Positions 19,067-30,030 are shown, counted from the stretch's first letter. The stretch is DNA of 64,000 nt from Candidatus Bathyarchaeota archaeon (GCA_018396755.1 JAGTQM010000004.1:17099-81098); one strand, 5' to 3'. Notes: generated from the sequence alone by a model not told the origin. Made by a program: numbers and translations.

Positions 19067-19673
19067 CCTTTAAGCCGCTTGGCTTCCCATAAACTTCCGT
19101 CAACCCCTTTCTAATGGATTCTAATATGTCCTCCATGCCAGTTGAAGATGTTTCAACGACAGTATACGCATATCCTATTGTTCTGGGTATGTGGGAATCG
19201 CTTCCAGCAGTCATTGGTATGTTGAATTTAAGAGACACTATTATATTAACTCTGGATGATATTGGGAAGAGAATGGTACCTGAATTTAAGGCTTCTATAG
19301 CATCCAACCCTGATTGTCTGATTTGGAGTGTAAATGAAGGGATTAGCGTTCTAGGGAAAGGATGTGCTAAAACTGTAACTGCCCCAAGCCTCTTAGCCTC
19401 CTCTAGAACTATCTGTATATGTTTTAAGCCGGGTTTAAGCCTCCACTGATCTGCCCCTAAAACCAATACATGACCTATGGGTGTATTTACCTCTAAACCA
19501 GGTATGATAAGAACACCCCTCATAAAACCCCTAACCTTTGAAGGTGCCTCATGTTCAGTTAAGGCAAGACCATTTAAGCCTTTAACCTTAGCCTCAATTA
19601 GAGCTTCATCAAGTCTGATCAAAGAATCTCCAGAAGCATTAGTGTGAACGTGAAGATCCAGTTTTAATTTCAT
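19011..19673 (-). CDS. PHP-domain metal-dependent phosphoesterase
   Basis: LDLHVHTNASGD...LTEHE PHP motifs. 220 aa. Overlaps the 3' end of metG by 35 nt and converges on the DUF354 gene. Confidence 0.6.
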   Translation of the reverse strand: MKLKLDLHVHTNASGDSLIRLDEALIEAKVKGLNGLALTEHEAPSKVRGFMRGVLIIPGLEVNTPIGHVLVLGADQWRLKPGLKHIQIVLEEAKRLGAVTVLAHPFPRTLIPSFTLQIRQSGLDAIEALNSGTILFPISSRVNIIVSLKFNIPMTAGSDSHIPRTIGYAYTVVETSSTGMEDILESIRKGLTEVYGKPSGLKAKLEKKIHGKKFEQFSPL

Positions 19674-21348
19674 GCTTAATCCTCAATTTTTCAAGTTTAT
19701 TTATTTCAGATACGATATCTTCATCTCGAATTTTTCTAAATAAAGGTCTGGGTTTAGAAACTCTATGTCCGGGCTTAAGTATCTCTTTAAGAGAATTCCA
19801 CCTTACTGAGTTTAAGTCCTCAAGTATATTAAGCATGCGTCTAATCTCGGTTGCTGTAAACGGTAGGTATGGTATTAACAATATTGAAATAGCGTAGACT
19901 ATTTGAGAAGCTACGTAGAGTGTTGATGACGCGGCATCGGCGTCGTTCCAAGGCGTCTTAACGTTCAAATAGCTATTTCCAAGAGATGAAAGCTTCATAA
20001 TCTCCTTAAGACCTTTCTTAAATTCAAACCGCTCGATTTCCATCATTACTTTTTCGGCAGTTCTATTTATTTCACTGAGTATTTTCTTATCATATTCATT
20101 CAATTCGTCTGGTTCAGGAACGATTCCATTTGAAAGTTTGTGAAGAAGTGTTAAAACTCTATTTACAAAATTCGCAAGATTTGCGATAAGCTCATTGTTT
20201 ACCTTTGCTTGGAAATCTTTCCATTTAAAATCCGTATCTCTATGTTCTGGAGCTATTACTACAGCGTAGTACCGTATCATATCTGGATGAAATTTCTCAA
20301 GCATTTCATGAAGCCATATTACCCATCCTCTGCTGGTAGAAAGCTTCTCCCCTTCGAGATTAACGAACTCGCTTACTACAACGTTTTCCGGTAGAACATA
20401 ATCTCCATAGGCGATTAGAAGAGCTGGAAAAAGAATCGTATGGAAGAATAAATTGTCCTTACCTATAAAGCAGTAGAGTTCCACATCGCTTTTTTTCCAG
20501 TATTCAACCCACATTTCAGGCTTATTATGCTCAACAGCCCAGTGTTTTGTAGCAGATATGTAACCTAAGAGGTTTTCAGCCCAGTTGTATATAACTTGAC
20601 CTTTAGCTTTCGGAAAAGGGGCGGGCGGACCCCAATCGTAGTCTCTAGTTATGTCTTTATCTTTTAAACCCTCCTTCAGAAGCCAAGATAAGGTTTTGTT
20701 TAATGTAGCTTTTCTCCAATTGGAGCCTTTAAGCTTTACATACTGTAAAATTTTACCTGTGAGCATCGATAGTTTAAGAAAATAGTGAATGCTTTCTCTT
20801 AAAACTGGTTTAGTACCACAGATTGCACATTTGGGATCTATAAGCTCCCAAGCATCGTACCATCTTCCACATTTTTCACAGACATCACCATACTGGTCTG
20901 GGGCTCCACAATATGAACATACCCCCTTGACGAATCTATCTGGGAGAAAAGTATTACATTTTGGACAGAAAAGTTGTTTAATGTTTTTCTCATATATGAA
21001 GCCTCTATTGTAAAGGGTTTTATAGAATTCCTCGACTGTTTCAAAATGTATGGGTAGAGACGTTCTAGAGTATACGTCGAAGCTTATTCCGAGTTTTTCA
21101 AAGACAGTTTTCTGAATGACGTAGTTTCTATCGCACAACTCTTTCGGTTGAATCTTAAGCCGCATAGCCTCTAATATGACGGAAGTTGCATTTTCATCCG
21201 TACCGCATACGTATATTGCATCATCGCCTTTAAGCCTTCTATGTCTAACGTATATATCCGCAGGTAGGTATGCTCCTGCTAAATGTCCGAAATGTCTAGG
21301 AGCGTAAACATACGGTAAAGCCGCTGTAACCAGTACTCTTTTAGCCAT
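19639..21348 (-). CDS. metG: Methionyl-tRNA synthetase
   Basis: HFGH (HIGH) motif and KLSTSRG (KMSKS-type) motif. CPKC...CSYC zinc knuckles. ATG start. Confidence 0.9.
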   Translation of the reverse strand: MAKRVLVTAALPYVYAPRHFGHLAGAYLPADIYVRHRRLKGDDAIYVCGTDENATSVILEAMRLKIQPKELCDRNYVIQKTVFEKLGISFDVYSRTSLPIHFETVEEFYKTLYNRGFIYEKNIKQLFCPKCNTFLPDRFVKGVCSYCGAPDQYGDVCEKCGRWYDAWELIDPKCAICGTKPVLRESIHYFLKLSMLTGKILQYVKLKGSNWRKATLNKTLSWLLKEGLKDKDITRDYDWGPPAPFPKAKGQVIYNWAENLLGYISATKHWAVEHNKPEMWVEYWKKSDVELYCFIGKDNLFFHTILFPALLIAYGDYVLPENVVVSEFVNLEGEKLSTSRGWVIWLHEMLEKFHPDMIRYYAVVIAPEHRDTDFKWKDFQAKVNNELIANLANFVNRVLTLLHKLSNGIVPEPDELNEYDKKILSEINRTAEKVMMEIERFEFKKGLKEIMKLSSLGNSYLNVKTPWNDADAASSTLYVASQIVYAISILLIPYLPFTATEIRRMLNILEDLNSVRWNSLKEILKPGHRVSKPRPLFRKIRDEDIVSEINKLEKLRIKHEIKTGSSRSH

Positions 21349-21554
21349 GTTTGTTAATCTAACAGATGGCCGCCTCCTTAAAAGAATTACTTTTAAACGT
21401 CCTGAGTTTAAGGAGATGAAATTATTTATCCAAAAATCGACTATTTATTCAAGTTTTAAACTTCTAACGTTAGCGGAAATCCATACTTAATCTATGTGAA
21501 AACCTTTTACATAAAGGTTAAAGTAGTGGTTAATGCTTATTTTTCTTGGGCATT

Positions 21555-21968
21555 ATGACTTCAGTAAGCTACGAGGACATGCTTAAAAGAGCTTTATCAT
21601 CTTTACCTAGGAAACCTCTTCAATCTGAGAGGTTGAAAATTCCATCGGCCGACGTCATCGTAGTGGGAAACCGTACTCTAGTGCGAAACTTTAGAGAAAT
21701 TGCATCGATCATAAATAGGGACCCAGAGCATTTATTAAAATTCCTCTGCAAGGAGGCAGGTTCAGCTGGCACTTTGAAAGACGATATAGCTGAAATACAT
21801 GGAAGGTTCGATAGATCTACATTAAACAAGCTTATAGAGAGATACGTACAGAATTTTGTACTATGTAAGGTTTGCATGAGACCTGATACGCATCTCAAGA
21901 AATACGGACGCTTTCTCTACATAGAGTGCGACGCGTGTGGGGCTTCGTCACCAATAATATCGAGGTGA
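21555..21968 (+). CDS. eif2b: Translation initiation factor aIF-2 beta subunit
   Basis: C-terminal zinc ribbon CKVCMRPDTHL...CDACGA. The N-terminus resembles aIF2-beta. The ORF opens at a TTG at 21546, but the ATG at 21555 is the likely start. Confidence 0.8.
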   Translation: MTSVSYEDMLKRALSSLPRKPLQSERLKIPSADVIVVGNRTLVRNFREIASIINRDPEHLLKFLCKEAGSAGTLKDDIAEIHGRFDRSTLNKLIERYVQNFVLCKVCMRPDTHLKKYGRFLYIECDACGASSPIISR

Positions 21969-22273
21969 AATATTTGTGTAGTGTCTACGTTAAAGTTCAT
22001 AGATTTCAAGGTTATGTGCTTGTAGCTGTATGTGATGAAGAGCTTCTTGGGAAAATTCTAAACGAGAGGGATATATGCTTCGATGTTAGCGAAAAATTCT
22101 TTAAAGGGCTTAAAATGAGTGTGGAAGAAGCTATAGCTCTTATTCGAAATGCCGATACTGCTAATTTAATAGGTGTTACGATTGTGAATAGAGCTGTGGA
22201 AGAGAGGCTTGTACATCCAGAGGCTGTTGCGAATATAGCTGGCATACCTCATGCTCAAATAGTTAAGCTTTAA
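21965..22273 (+). CDS. DUF424-family protein (conserved aIF2-beta neighbour)
   Basis: VYVKVHRFQGYVLVAVCDEELLGK pattern typical of DUF424. A probable GTG start overlaps the aIF2-beta stop as GTGA. Confidence 0.5.
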   Translation: MKYLCSVYVKVHRFQGYVLVAVCDEELLGKILNERDICFDVSEKFFKGLKMSVEEAIALIRNADTANLIGVTIVNRAVEERLVHPEAVANIAGIPHAQIVKL

Positions 22274-22287
22274 TCTAGGTGCTTCTT

Positions 22288-23127
22288 ATGAAGGACTACG
22301 CGGCTATTACTCTGAAACCGCTCTTCCCAGAACCTGCACTTCTAATTCAACGTGAAGATTACACAGTTTTAACCGTGGCGGACCTTCACATAGGCTGGGA
22401 AAGCTCTTTATCCGATTATGGAATATATATTCCATCTCAGACTAAGAGGCTTTTAAAAAAGCTAGTGGAATTATTGACGACGCTTAAACCTCAAATACTC
22501 ATACTTTTAGGTGACGTTAAACATGCTATTGTAAAATTTGAGAAAACCGAGTGGGTAGACGTACCCGAGTTTCTTAAGACTACTAAGAACTTAGTTGAAA
22601 AGGTGGTTATAGTTCCTGGGAATCATGATGGAGATTTAGAAACCTTAACACCGGAAGGTATTGAAATAGTGGAATCTGGTGGATTAGCACTCTGGGATGA
22701 AGTGGGTTTTTTCCATGGACATTCTTGGCCTAAACCTGAGCTTTTCAAATGTCAAACTCTCGTTATAGGTCATATACATCCAGCCATAGCTTTTAGGGAT
22801 AGGTTTAACAGTAGATTTCTTAAAAGAGTCTGGGTTAAGGCTCATATAGAACCTGAGCGTTTAAAACAACATTTGAGTAAGAGAATTAAAACTAACAATT
22901 TTAAGCTTCGTTTTAAGAGATTGATAATAATGCCTAGCTTTAACGATTTCATGAGAGGGCAAGCTATAAACGAAGACGATTTTGAGGAGACGGCCATTGG
23001 AGCGATAAGCCCCATACTGAGAACTGGTTGCATAGACATGAAAAACTCTGAAATTTATCTGTTAGATGGCATATATGTAGGCTCATTTAAGGATGTTAGG
23101 GAAATCACTCGTACACCATTACTTTAA
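22288..23127 (+). CDS. Calcineurin-like metallophosphoesterase
   Basis: DLHIG, GDVKH, GNHD and GHIH motifs. ATG at 22288. The ORF opens at a GTG at 22279. Confidence 0.65.
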   Translation: MKDYAAITLKPLFPEPALLIQREDYTVLTVADLHIGWESSLSDYGIYIPSQTKRLLKKLVELLTTLKPQILILLGDVKHAIVKFEKTEWVDVPEFLKTTKNLVEKVVIVPGNHDGDLETLTPEGIEIVESGGLALWDEVGFFHGHSWPKPELFKCQTLVIGHIHPAIAFRDRFNSRFLKRVWVKAHIEPERLKQHLSKRIKTNNFKLRFKRLIIMPSFNDFMRGQAINEDDFEETAIGAISPILRTGCIDMKNSEIYLLDGIYVGSFKDVREITRTPLL

Positions 23128-23139
23128 AAAGTTATGAAA

Positions 23140-23982
23140 TTATGGTAAGTACTGAGATAGGGTTTTCTTACCTATTAGAAGTCCTTTACGGAATCCCTCA
23201 GCGTCTTCGAAGAATGGGTCTTCATGTTCTATGCTTAATACGTAGTCGTATCCTATCTCTATTAGAGTCGCTATGAAGCGACGCCAATCTATGTCTCCTA
23301 GACCTGGTATTCTAAACCTCCACCATCCGCTGCCCGTATACCCTACGTATGCTAGTCTACTTTTTATCACTTCTGTGTCTTTACAGTGAGTGTGATAGAT
23401 TCTTCCACCGAACTTCTTTAATACTGCTATATAGTCTATGAATTGGAAGACGAGATGTGAAGGATCGAATTCAAGTCCGAAATACTTAGATTGAACTATT
23501 TTAAACATTTCATCCCATACGTCCGGTCTATAGGCGATATTCGCCATACAGTTCTCTATTGCAATCTTAACGTCGTGTTTTTCAGCATAATCTACAAGGC
23601 TTGGAAAGACTTCGGTAAAGGCTTTGATGTTTGCACCAATACCTCCCGGTACCATGCCAATCCAAGTAGCTACTACTGGTATTTCCAGTTTATTAGCCAT
23701 TTCTATAATTTTCTTTAAATGTTCATTTCTGGTCTGTCTAGCTTGAATGTTTAAATCTATATGATTAACACACCACGTTAAGCAAGATACTATAACGTTT
23801 GACTCTTTCAGCGTTTTCTTTACTTCAGCAACATAGTCGGCGTTATTGACCTTAGTCGGGTCTATTAAAGGGCTACCTGGCTCTGAGGAAACCTCGATGG
23901 CTCCGAAACCATTCTCTTCAGCCCACTTAAGAGTTTGAGTTAAATTTCCAAGCTGTCCACCTGTTAAAAAACCTATTCTCAT
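23140..23982 (-). CDS. Sugar phosphate isomerase/epimerase (xylose-isomerase-like TIM barrel)
   Basis: MRIGFLTGG...GFGAIEV...EHED pattern. Likely ATG start at 23982. Confidence 0.6.
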   Translation of the reverse strand: MRIGFLTGGQLGNLTQTLKWAEENGFGAIEVSSEPGSPLIDPTKVNNADYVAEVKKTLKESNVIVSCLTWCVNHIDLNIQARQTRNEHLKKIIEMANKLEIPVVATWIGMVPGGIGANIKAFTEVFPSLVDYAEKHDVKIAIENCMANIAYRPDVWDEMFKIVQSKYFGLEFDPSHLVFQFIDYIAVLKKFGGRIYHTHCKDTEVIKSRLAYVGYTGSGWWRFRIPGLGDIDWRRFIATLIEIGYDYVLSIEHEDPFFEDAEGFRKGLLIGKKTLSQYLP

Positions 23983-24132
23983 ATGTATCACTAAAACGTA
24001 GATAGTGCAACTCTTATATTTAGTCTTCCTCGCGAATACTTGATTCAACAGTTATAAGGGAGTCCGGAAACCTCACCTAAACGCATCCATATATTGTAAA
24101 AATATAGTTTTCTCATCTATAGTGTGGATCAG

Positions 24133-25560
24133 TTATATGTTAAGAGTAGCAGGTTTAATAGTCCACGTTTGAAGTTTAGCTAGTTCTACGAGGTTCCAGG
24201 CTTCGAAGTCCTTTGGGAAGATTATCCACCTCCAGCAGCTTTTAGCGCCTTCAATACTCACGTAGCTATCCGGCTCAAATCTTCCCTCAATTAGCCTAAC
24301 CTCTTCAGGTTTTTCTCCTCTGTAGAGTTCCATATATAGTTCTGCTTCGGAAGCTAGGAAATCAACTGGGCTTACTTTTACACTGTTGATTTCAATAGAG
24401 TCTGGAATTCTATTATTTGATTCTATGAAAAGCTTAACATCGTAGGAGACTTTGAGAAACTCTTCAAGCTTAACCATATCTAGAGAATCGGACTTGAAGA
24501 GCCTATATGGTCCAAGGGGATAATTATTCTTAACTTTGCTCGGCAATATTCCATTTGTTTTATATTCTGCAAGACTTGCAGTTATTAACCAGAAAATTTC
24601 AGAAGCTGAAACATATGCATTGTTAATTTCTCTAAACGATATGCTTATAAGATCAGACGCTAGACAAGCTATTTCATTTTTATTGAAAAACCTGTTTAAA
24701 GCGTAGTCTCTAAATAGATGATGTAGTTCGCTGGCGGTAACAACTTCAACAAATGGCTTCGATTTTACATGCTTCACAAATTTATCGAAATCAACATAAC
24801 CTGCGTCAATCCAATCTCTAGGCTTTAACTCAGCTGGTTTAAGCCAGTTCATAGGTGTATTCAATCCTCCGGAAAAGTTTACGGCATCCCAGAACTCTTT
24901 AGTTACTAAAGTACATGGATGATTGAAGACGCTTATAATCCCCCATTTGTCACCATCTAATATTCGTTGGTAAATTTCATTAAATTCGCCGATAGCTTTA
25001 TCTATAAAACCTGAGATGCCCAGTTCAAAGTTCAACCCTATTACGCCTCCTCTAAAACCAGTCAAATTAAGGATGTTAAGTATACCACAGTACCAGAATG
25101 GTCTTCCATAGAGATCTATGAAATCTGTGAGGTCTAGATATGTCGGGATTTCAAGAAGTTTTAAAGCTAAATAGACCTGTGGAGCCCATGCTCCTCCAGG
25201 TTGGCCATAGCATGAGGGTATCGCATTGAAAACACGTTTAATATCTTCCACGCCTTCTCTCTCACTTTTTAAGAATTCTAAAGCCCCCTCTTCAAAACCC
25301 ATATCTTTAAGATACTCAGCGACTGTTGGATGGACTGAGTGATAATTTGTATGGTAGCCTATTTCATGGTGTTTAAGAGCCTCTATAACATCCCATCTCC
25401 TTCTTCTCTCAAGAGTTCTAAGCTTCTCGCCTACTAGTTTGAAAACTCCTCTGACGTTGTTTGCGCTAAGTATTTCTGCAAGCCTTTTAAGAGCGTCGTC
25501 GCTTTCAGGAGTGATGAAATCTTCACAGTCAAACCAGAAAACGACAAATATTTTACTCAA
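24133..25560 (-). CDS. Polysaccharide-deacetylase-like (CE4/NodB-fold) protein
   Basis: FWFDCEDF (Asp motif) and GYHTNYHS (His-His motif) resemble CE4 motifs 1 and 2. TTG start. Confidence 0.4.
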   Translation of the reverse strand: MSKIFVVFWFDCEDFITPESDDALKRLAEILSANNVRGVFKLVGEKLRTLERRRRWDVIEALKHHEIGYHTNYHSVHPTVAEYLKDMGFEEGALEFLKSEREGVEDIKRVFNAIPSCYGQPGGAWAPQVYLALKLLEIPTYLDLTDFIDLYGRPFWYCGILNILNLTGFRGGVIGLNFELGISGFIDKAIGEFNEIYQRILDGDKWGIISVFNHPCTLVTKEFWDAVNFSGGLNTPMNWLKPAELKPRDWIDAGYVDFDKFVKHVKSKPFVEVVTASELHHLFRDYALNRFFNKNEIACLASDLISISFREINNAYVSASEIFWLITASLAEYKTNGILPSKVKNNYPLGPYRLFKSDSLDMVKLEEFLKVSYDVKLFIESNNRIPDSIEINSVKVSPVDFLASEAELYMELYRGEKPEEVRLIEGRFEPDSYVSIEGAKSCWRWIIFPKDFEAWNLVELAKLQTWTIKPATLNI

Positions 25561-25635
25561 AACCCCTCCCCGCCATCAAGACTAACATACGATTTATAAG
25601 CCTATTATAAACACTATCACTCTACTTAGAAATAG

Positions 25636-26286
25636 GTGGTTACAATGGGCACCGATATATCTGTTGAAGAAATTCAGGCGAGAATCCGGAGAAGCGTAAC
25701 AAGAACCATTTGGTATACGTTTATATGCGCCTTTCTACTGTTAACATCGAACTTACTATTTAAAACTGTAATTGGAAGATTTTTCCCATTATTTCTAGAG
25801 TACGAAATATACGTCAACGTTGTAATAATCCTTGGCTTAGGATATCTTATAATAAATTCTACGTCGAATGTAATTTATTGGGCTATAAGGAGGAGACTTG
25901 ACCATGCTATGGCAACACTATTTAGAACTACTATGCGAATAGTGGGAATAGCTACTCTACTAGCAGTATTAACGTCAGTTTTCAACATAAACCCAGCCAC
26001 TGCATTAACAATAGGTTCTTTCACAGGTATGGTTATTGGTTTTGCTACGCAAACGGTTCTTGGGCAAGCAGTGGCGGGAATGTTTCTCGTCCTCTTGAGG
26101 CCCTTCAAACCAGGAGATGTAATAACCGTCGTCGGGCAAAGAGGCATAGTTAAAGATATAGGGATTATGCACACAGTACTGGTATCTGAAGACGGCTCTA
26201 ATGAAATACTAATACCCAGCAGTAGTATAATTACTGCGATAATTGTAAAAGTTAGAAAACCTAAGACGGAAGACGACTTCGGCTGA
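25636..26286 (+). CDS. Small-conductance mechanosensitive channel (MscS family)
   Basis: N-terminal TM helices followed by GDVITVVGQRGIVKDIGIMHTVLVSEDGSNEILIPSS, an MscS beta-domain signature. Alternative ATG start at 25645. Confidence 0.7.
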   Translation: MVTMGTDISVEEIQARIRRSVTRTIWYTFICAFLLLTSNLLFKTVIGRFFPLFLEYEIYVNVVIILGLGYLIINSTSNVIYWAIRRRLDHAMATLFRTTMRIVGIATLLAVLTSVFNINPATALTIGSFTGMVIGFATQTVLGQAVAGMFLVLLRPFKPGDVITVVGQRGIVKDIGIMHTVLVSEDGSNEILIPSSSIITAIIVKVRKPKTEDDFG

Positions 26287-26321
26287 TAGCCTCCACATAC
26301 GTGGAGAAACGCTTCTGGTTG

Positions 26322-28103
26322 TCAAAAATCCATAGCATTATAAATTTTCTCAGGCAGACCTGGAGCCTGCTGATCCAAGTAGTACTTGCTCTTAATAATC
26401 ATAGCTTTTAAAAGTGCCCTCATATCATCCATACTATTATACGTAAACGGGTCTAATTCTCTAAGCCTTTCCTGCGAAATCCCTTCAACATAAACTGGTA
26501 CAAGAACTTTTTCACTCCATATAGGGTGCGGTTTGTATTTAACAGCCCCTCTAACCGCCTGAAGTAGAAATAGCTCTGTTTCTTCAATTGTTGGCGACGT
26601 ACCGCCGACAGGTTTAGGAATACCATTAGGACCTTTTACGAGCTTCGTTCGAGGCATTAGGTACTCTCTATCTCCAAGCTTCTCCTCAACCCATTCATAT
26701 TCTGCACTTATCTTACCAGTTGTATTGATTAAGTAGATCTCCACTGGCTGTCCCTTGTTTTTCAGCTTTTCTAAATTCTCATAAAACCTAACTATGTGTG
26801 CGGTATTAGATACACCCATTGTGAAAGGTAGACAGTACCTACTCTCGTAAATCTCCTTACCAATGGCAGATATGGACTGAGCAGGGTGGCCAACGGTCCT
26901 TCCATCAGCCAACACTTTAGCGGCGAAAGCTATATCTTCTATTCGACACCACGCGTAATCATGTATATTTCCCGGGCTTATGAAAACTGCTACGTTTAGA
27001 GGGCCGCTGGAATCTATATCGCCATTGAAATATCCGGTATCTTCCAAGTAGAACACGCTTCTAGCGTTTCTATTGGGAAGGCCATAATATTGGAACAGCT
27101 TTCCCTCAAAACTCGGGTTTCCATTGAAATCGAACTCAGTATTCTCATGTAAAGCTCTCGGAGAATTTGCAGCCTTCCATATTGGGAATTGAGTTTCATC
27201 AATATCTTCTGTTTTGGTCCAAGAGCCTCTTTCAGACCCGTAAACACGGTCTTCGAAGATAGCTACAATATCGTCGTTTTTTATTACTTGGTGGAAAACG
27301 TATTCCGTTGGATCTACTCCAAACTTCTCTATGAAGATTCGCCTATTGTACTCACTGAAAACGTACATGCTATGTGTAGATTTTCCAGTTCCACTTAACC
27401 CCCAAATACACATTACAATTCTCTTTAGAGAGCCGTCTACCCTCTTAACAGTAAACTCTTTCAGAGAAGCATGCTCACCACATCCGCCCTTCTTATAAAC
27501 GTAGTAGATCCAATGTGACAATACTCCTTTCTTCACCTCTCCCTGATACGAGCTACATGTAATAATAGTATAGTTGTGAAAGGGAAAGCGGAGTACTCGA
27601 AGCATTTGATCAGAACCTGGTACGTTAGGGTTTCCAAGATAATGTGGAATCGCTATGACCATGATTTCTGGCTCTTCATCAGAAGGAGCTGGAAAATTCA
27701 ACTGAGACCATCTATAGGCTATGTCTGGAAACTGAGGATCACAGTAGAGTCTCGCATGCATTCTAACTGGTGATTTTTCTGAACCAATATAGCAATCCAC
27801 TTGAATTAGAGGACCTTGCGCTAAAACATGTTCAAGAACCCTCATCATGAGAAACCTATGCTCATCCTTTAATTCTTCATCATTTGTTATTACGACGCTT
27901 CCCGCGGCAGATCTATGCCAAATATTTGAAGTCCAACCCCAAGATCCATTTTTGAACTGTACCCCATATAGTTTTGCTCGCTCAAAAAGATCGGGCGGAT
28001 TATTTAGAATGGCTTTAATACCTGCCGCCTCCTTAAGCTTGAGGATCTTTTTAAATGCCTGTTTAAAGCCTTCAATAGTTATATCCTCCATCTTAATAAG
28101 CAA
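26322..28103 (-). CDS. Phosphoenolpyruvate carboxykinase (ATP)-like protein, divergent
   Basis: IWGLSGTGKSTHS matches the PckA kinase-1a P-loop (GLSGTGKTTLS). A downstream NDD segment and an NTTGK segment resemble PckA motifs. 593 aa, longer than canonical PckA. Confidence 0.5.
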   Translation of the reverse strand: MLIKMEDITIEGFKQAFKKILKLKEAAGIKAILNNPPDLFERAKLYGVQFKNGSWGWTSNIWHRSAAGSVVITNDEELKDEHRFLMMRVLEHVLAQGPLIQVDCYIGSEKSPVRMHARLYCDPQFPDIAYRWSQLNFPAPSDEEPEIMVIAIPHYLGNPNVPGSDQMLRVLRFPFHNYTIITCSSYQGEVKKGVLSHWIYYVYKKGGCGEHASLKEFTVKRVDGSLKRIVMCIWGLSGTGKSTHSMYVFSEYNRRIFIEKFGVDPTEYVFHQVIKNDDIVAIFEDRVYGSERGSWTKTEDIDETQFPIWKAANSPRALHENTEFDFNGNPSFEGKLFQYYGLPNRNARSVFYLEDTGYFNGDIDSSGPLNVAVFISPGNIHDYAWCRIEDIAFAAKVLADGRTVGHPAQSISAIGKEIYESRYCLPFTMGVSNTAHIVRFYENLEKLKNKGQPVEIYLINTTGKISAEYEWVEEKLGDREYLMPRTKLVKGPNGIPKPVGGTSPTIEETELFLLQAVRGAVKYKPHPIWSEKVLVPVYVEGISQERLRELDPFTYNSMDDMRALLKAMIIKSKYYLDQQAPGLPEKIYNAMDF

Positions 28104-28359
28104 CTTTAATCACCTCATGACATAGGTCCTTGAAGAATGTTGAGGTCAGCTTTTGAACAATCATAGGAAGGTGAGAGGGACTCAGCTTATTTATAAGGAG
28201 CAGCATATTATCTGTCGTTTTCTTCAGCAGGATGACCCTGAGTTTGATTAAAACTCTAGAAGGAATATTTAAACTTTTTGATATTACTAAGAATAATATT
28301 ATTCAAATAGTGAAAAATTAAAAATTCTTCAGGATAAATACGTATCATTATAAGGTTTT

Positions 28360-29271
28360 TTAAATGAAATCCTTAAGATATTTAAGAGATTCTTTAAGGT
28401 TTTCAAGCACTCTATCATCATCTTCTTCGAAAGGCGGTATGTACTCAAGCATAAGATAGGTTTCTGATGCACCTGAATCTTCAATGGCTTCAATAACTTT
28501 CCTAGGATCTATGATACCGATTCTATTGTAATTTTCCGTGAAAGGCCAATGTCTATCTCCTTTTCCATCAGTCTGTTGCATGTGTATAACTGGTGAAAGT
28601 GTACCTAGTTCTCTCAGCCAACTATATGGATCTGCATCTTTGCCGGACACGTTGATTGTACACTGGTGGCCAAGGTCTATTGCAAGCTTAACGGGTGTTC
28701 CTCCCCTACCATTTACCATTTCAAGTATACGTTTCGCATCTTCTATTGTCGCAGGTGGCTCTCTTAAAACGGGCATAGGCTCCCACAATAGCATTTTAAG
28801 ATCCATAGACTTAGCGTAGAATGAGAGGTACTTAACATAGTCCACTAAAATAGACTCTATGAACTTTCTACGTTCCAGCTTTCTAAAATCATTGTAACTC
28901 TGAGCTGCAATATGGCCGCCCGTTACATCTACACCCATAAGTGAAGTAACTTCTATAGCTCTCCTATACCAATCTAACGCATCAACACGCATACCGGCAT
29001 CCGGATGTGTTAGAAGATTCATCGAGTATGCAGCTAAACCAGTAAAAGTTGAATGTATTTTAACACCATACTCAGACGACACGTCTTTAATTCTACGGAT
29101 CATGTTTGATAAAGCGGGCTCAGAGGTCTTAGGGTCGAGAAGGTCAAACGAAAACTGAACGTTTTCAACATCCATTTGTCTACATATTTCAATCCATTCT
29201 TCTGGAAGAGGCCATCTTTTAACAGCCCAACAGTTGTTCCAGCCTAAATATACCTTAACCATTTTAACCAC
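28360..29271 (-). CDS. Xylose-isomerase-like TIM-barrel protein (sugar isomerase/epimerase)
   Basis: Second member of the same fold in the window. TIM-barrel pattern with conserved His/Glu/Asp positions. 303 aa. Confidence 0.45.
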   Translation of the reverse strand: MVKMVKVYLGWNNCWAVKRWPLPEEWIEICRQMDVENVQFSFDLLDPKTSEPALSNMIRRIKDVSSEYGVKIHSTFTGLAAYSMNLLTHPDAGMRVDALDWYRRAIEVTSLMGVDVTGGHIAAQSYNDFRKLERRKFIESILVDYVKYLSFYAKSMDLKMLLWEPMPVLREPPATIEDAKRILEMVNGRGGTPVKLAIDLGHQCTINVSGKDADPYSWLRELGTLSPVIHMQQTDGKGDRHWPFTENYNRIGIIDPRKVIEAIEDSGASETYLMLEYIPPFEEDDDRVLENLKESLKYLKDFI

Positions 29272-29613
29272 CTAACTCACTAGATTAATCTCTTCTAGTG
29301 AATATTAATCCTTTCACTTCCGTTTTCTGAACGACATTACTCTGTTGAAAGCCGTCATATGTTCTTTCGTGAGCTCTATGAGCTTACTGGCAGGATCTTC
29401 TGTCTACTATCTCCTCTAACATTACAGATATATTCGCAGGAAAAACCTGGATGAATCTTCCTTTTCGGAAAGGTGAAGGTCTGTGAGAATAGGGTTTAGA
29501 CGGGAAGACACAATACTTCGTAGATCACACTAGGTACAACACCATAGTTCTTTCATTCAAAGTTTAAAGAGGGCTAGGACCTGTTTAAGGATAAGGATGT
29601 TTTAATGGTTATT

Positions 29614-30030
29614 CTATACTTCGCGTGGGTCGATTCTTTTTATCCCTGGTATGATGTTGAAGACTGTGTCTGTTGATATTATTGTGTGGTCTGGGATTTG
29701 ATTGAGGGCTGTGGCGGCGTAGTAGGCGTCGAATATTGAGTTGATTCCATACTGCCTTATTAGTGCTAAAGCTAAAAGATCGATTTCATATGTAGTTTCG
29801 AGGAAAATTAGATTTTCTATGGCGGTTAAGGCAGCGAATCTAGTGATAAGTTCATCGGTGGAAACGCCTTCCTCCCTTGAAACGTAGTATATTTCGTGAA
29901 GACTTTCTCTTGAAGCGTAAACTGCGCCGAGCTCCCCCCTCGCGATTTTCAGCATAACTTTGTTGGCGGTCGGCTTTAACCAATCCTCCTTTTTGATGTA
30001 AGCGTATAGAATGTCTGTTTCAATCATCAA
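29614..30030 (-). CDS. vapC: PIN-domain toxin VapC
   Basis: PIN acidic-residue pattern (D6, E~40, D~100, D~118). 138 aa. Its start overlaps the upstream antitoxin stop by 4 nt. Confidence 0.75.
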   Translation of the reverse strand: MMIETDILYAYIKKEDWLKPTANKVMLKIARGELGAVYASRESLHEIYYVSREEGVSTDELITRFAALTAIENLIFLETTYEIDLLALALIRQYGINSIFDAYYAATALNQIPDHTIISTDTVFNIIPGIKRIDPREV

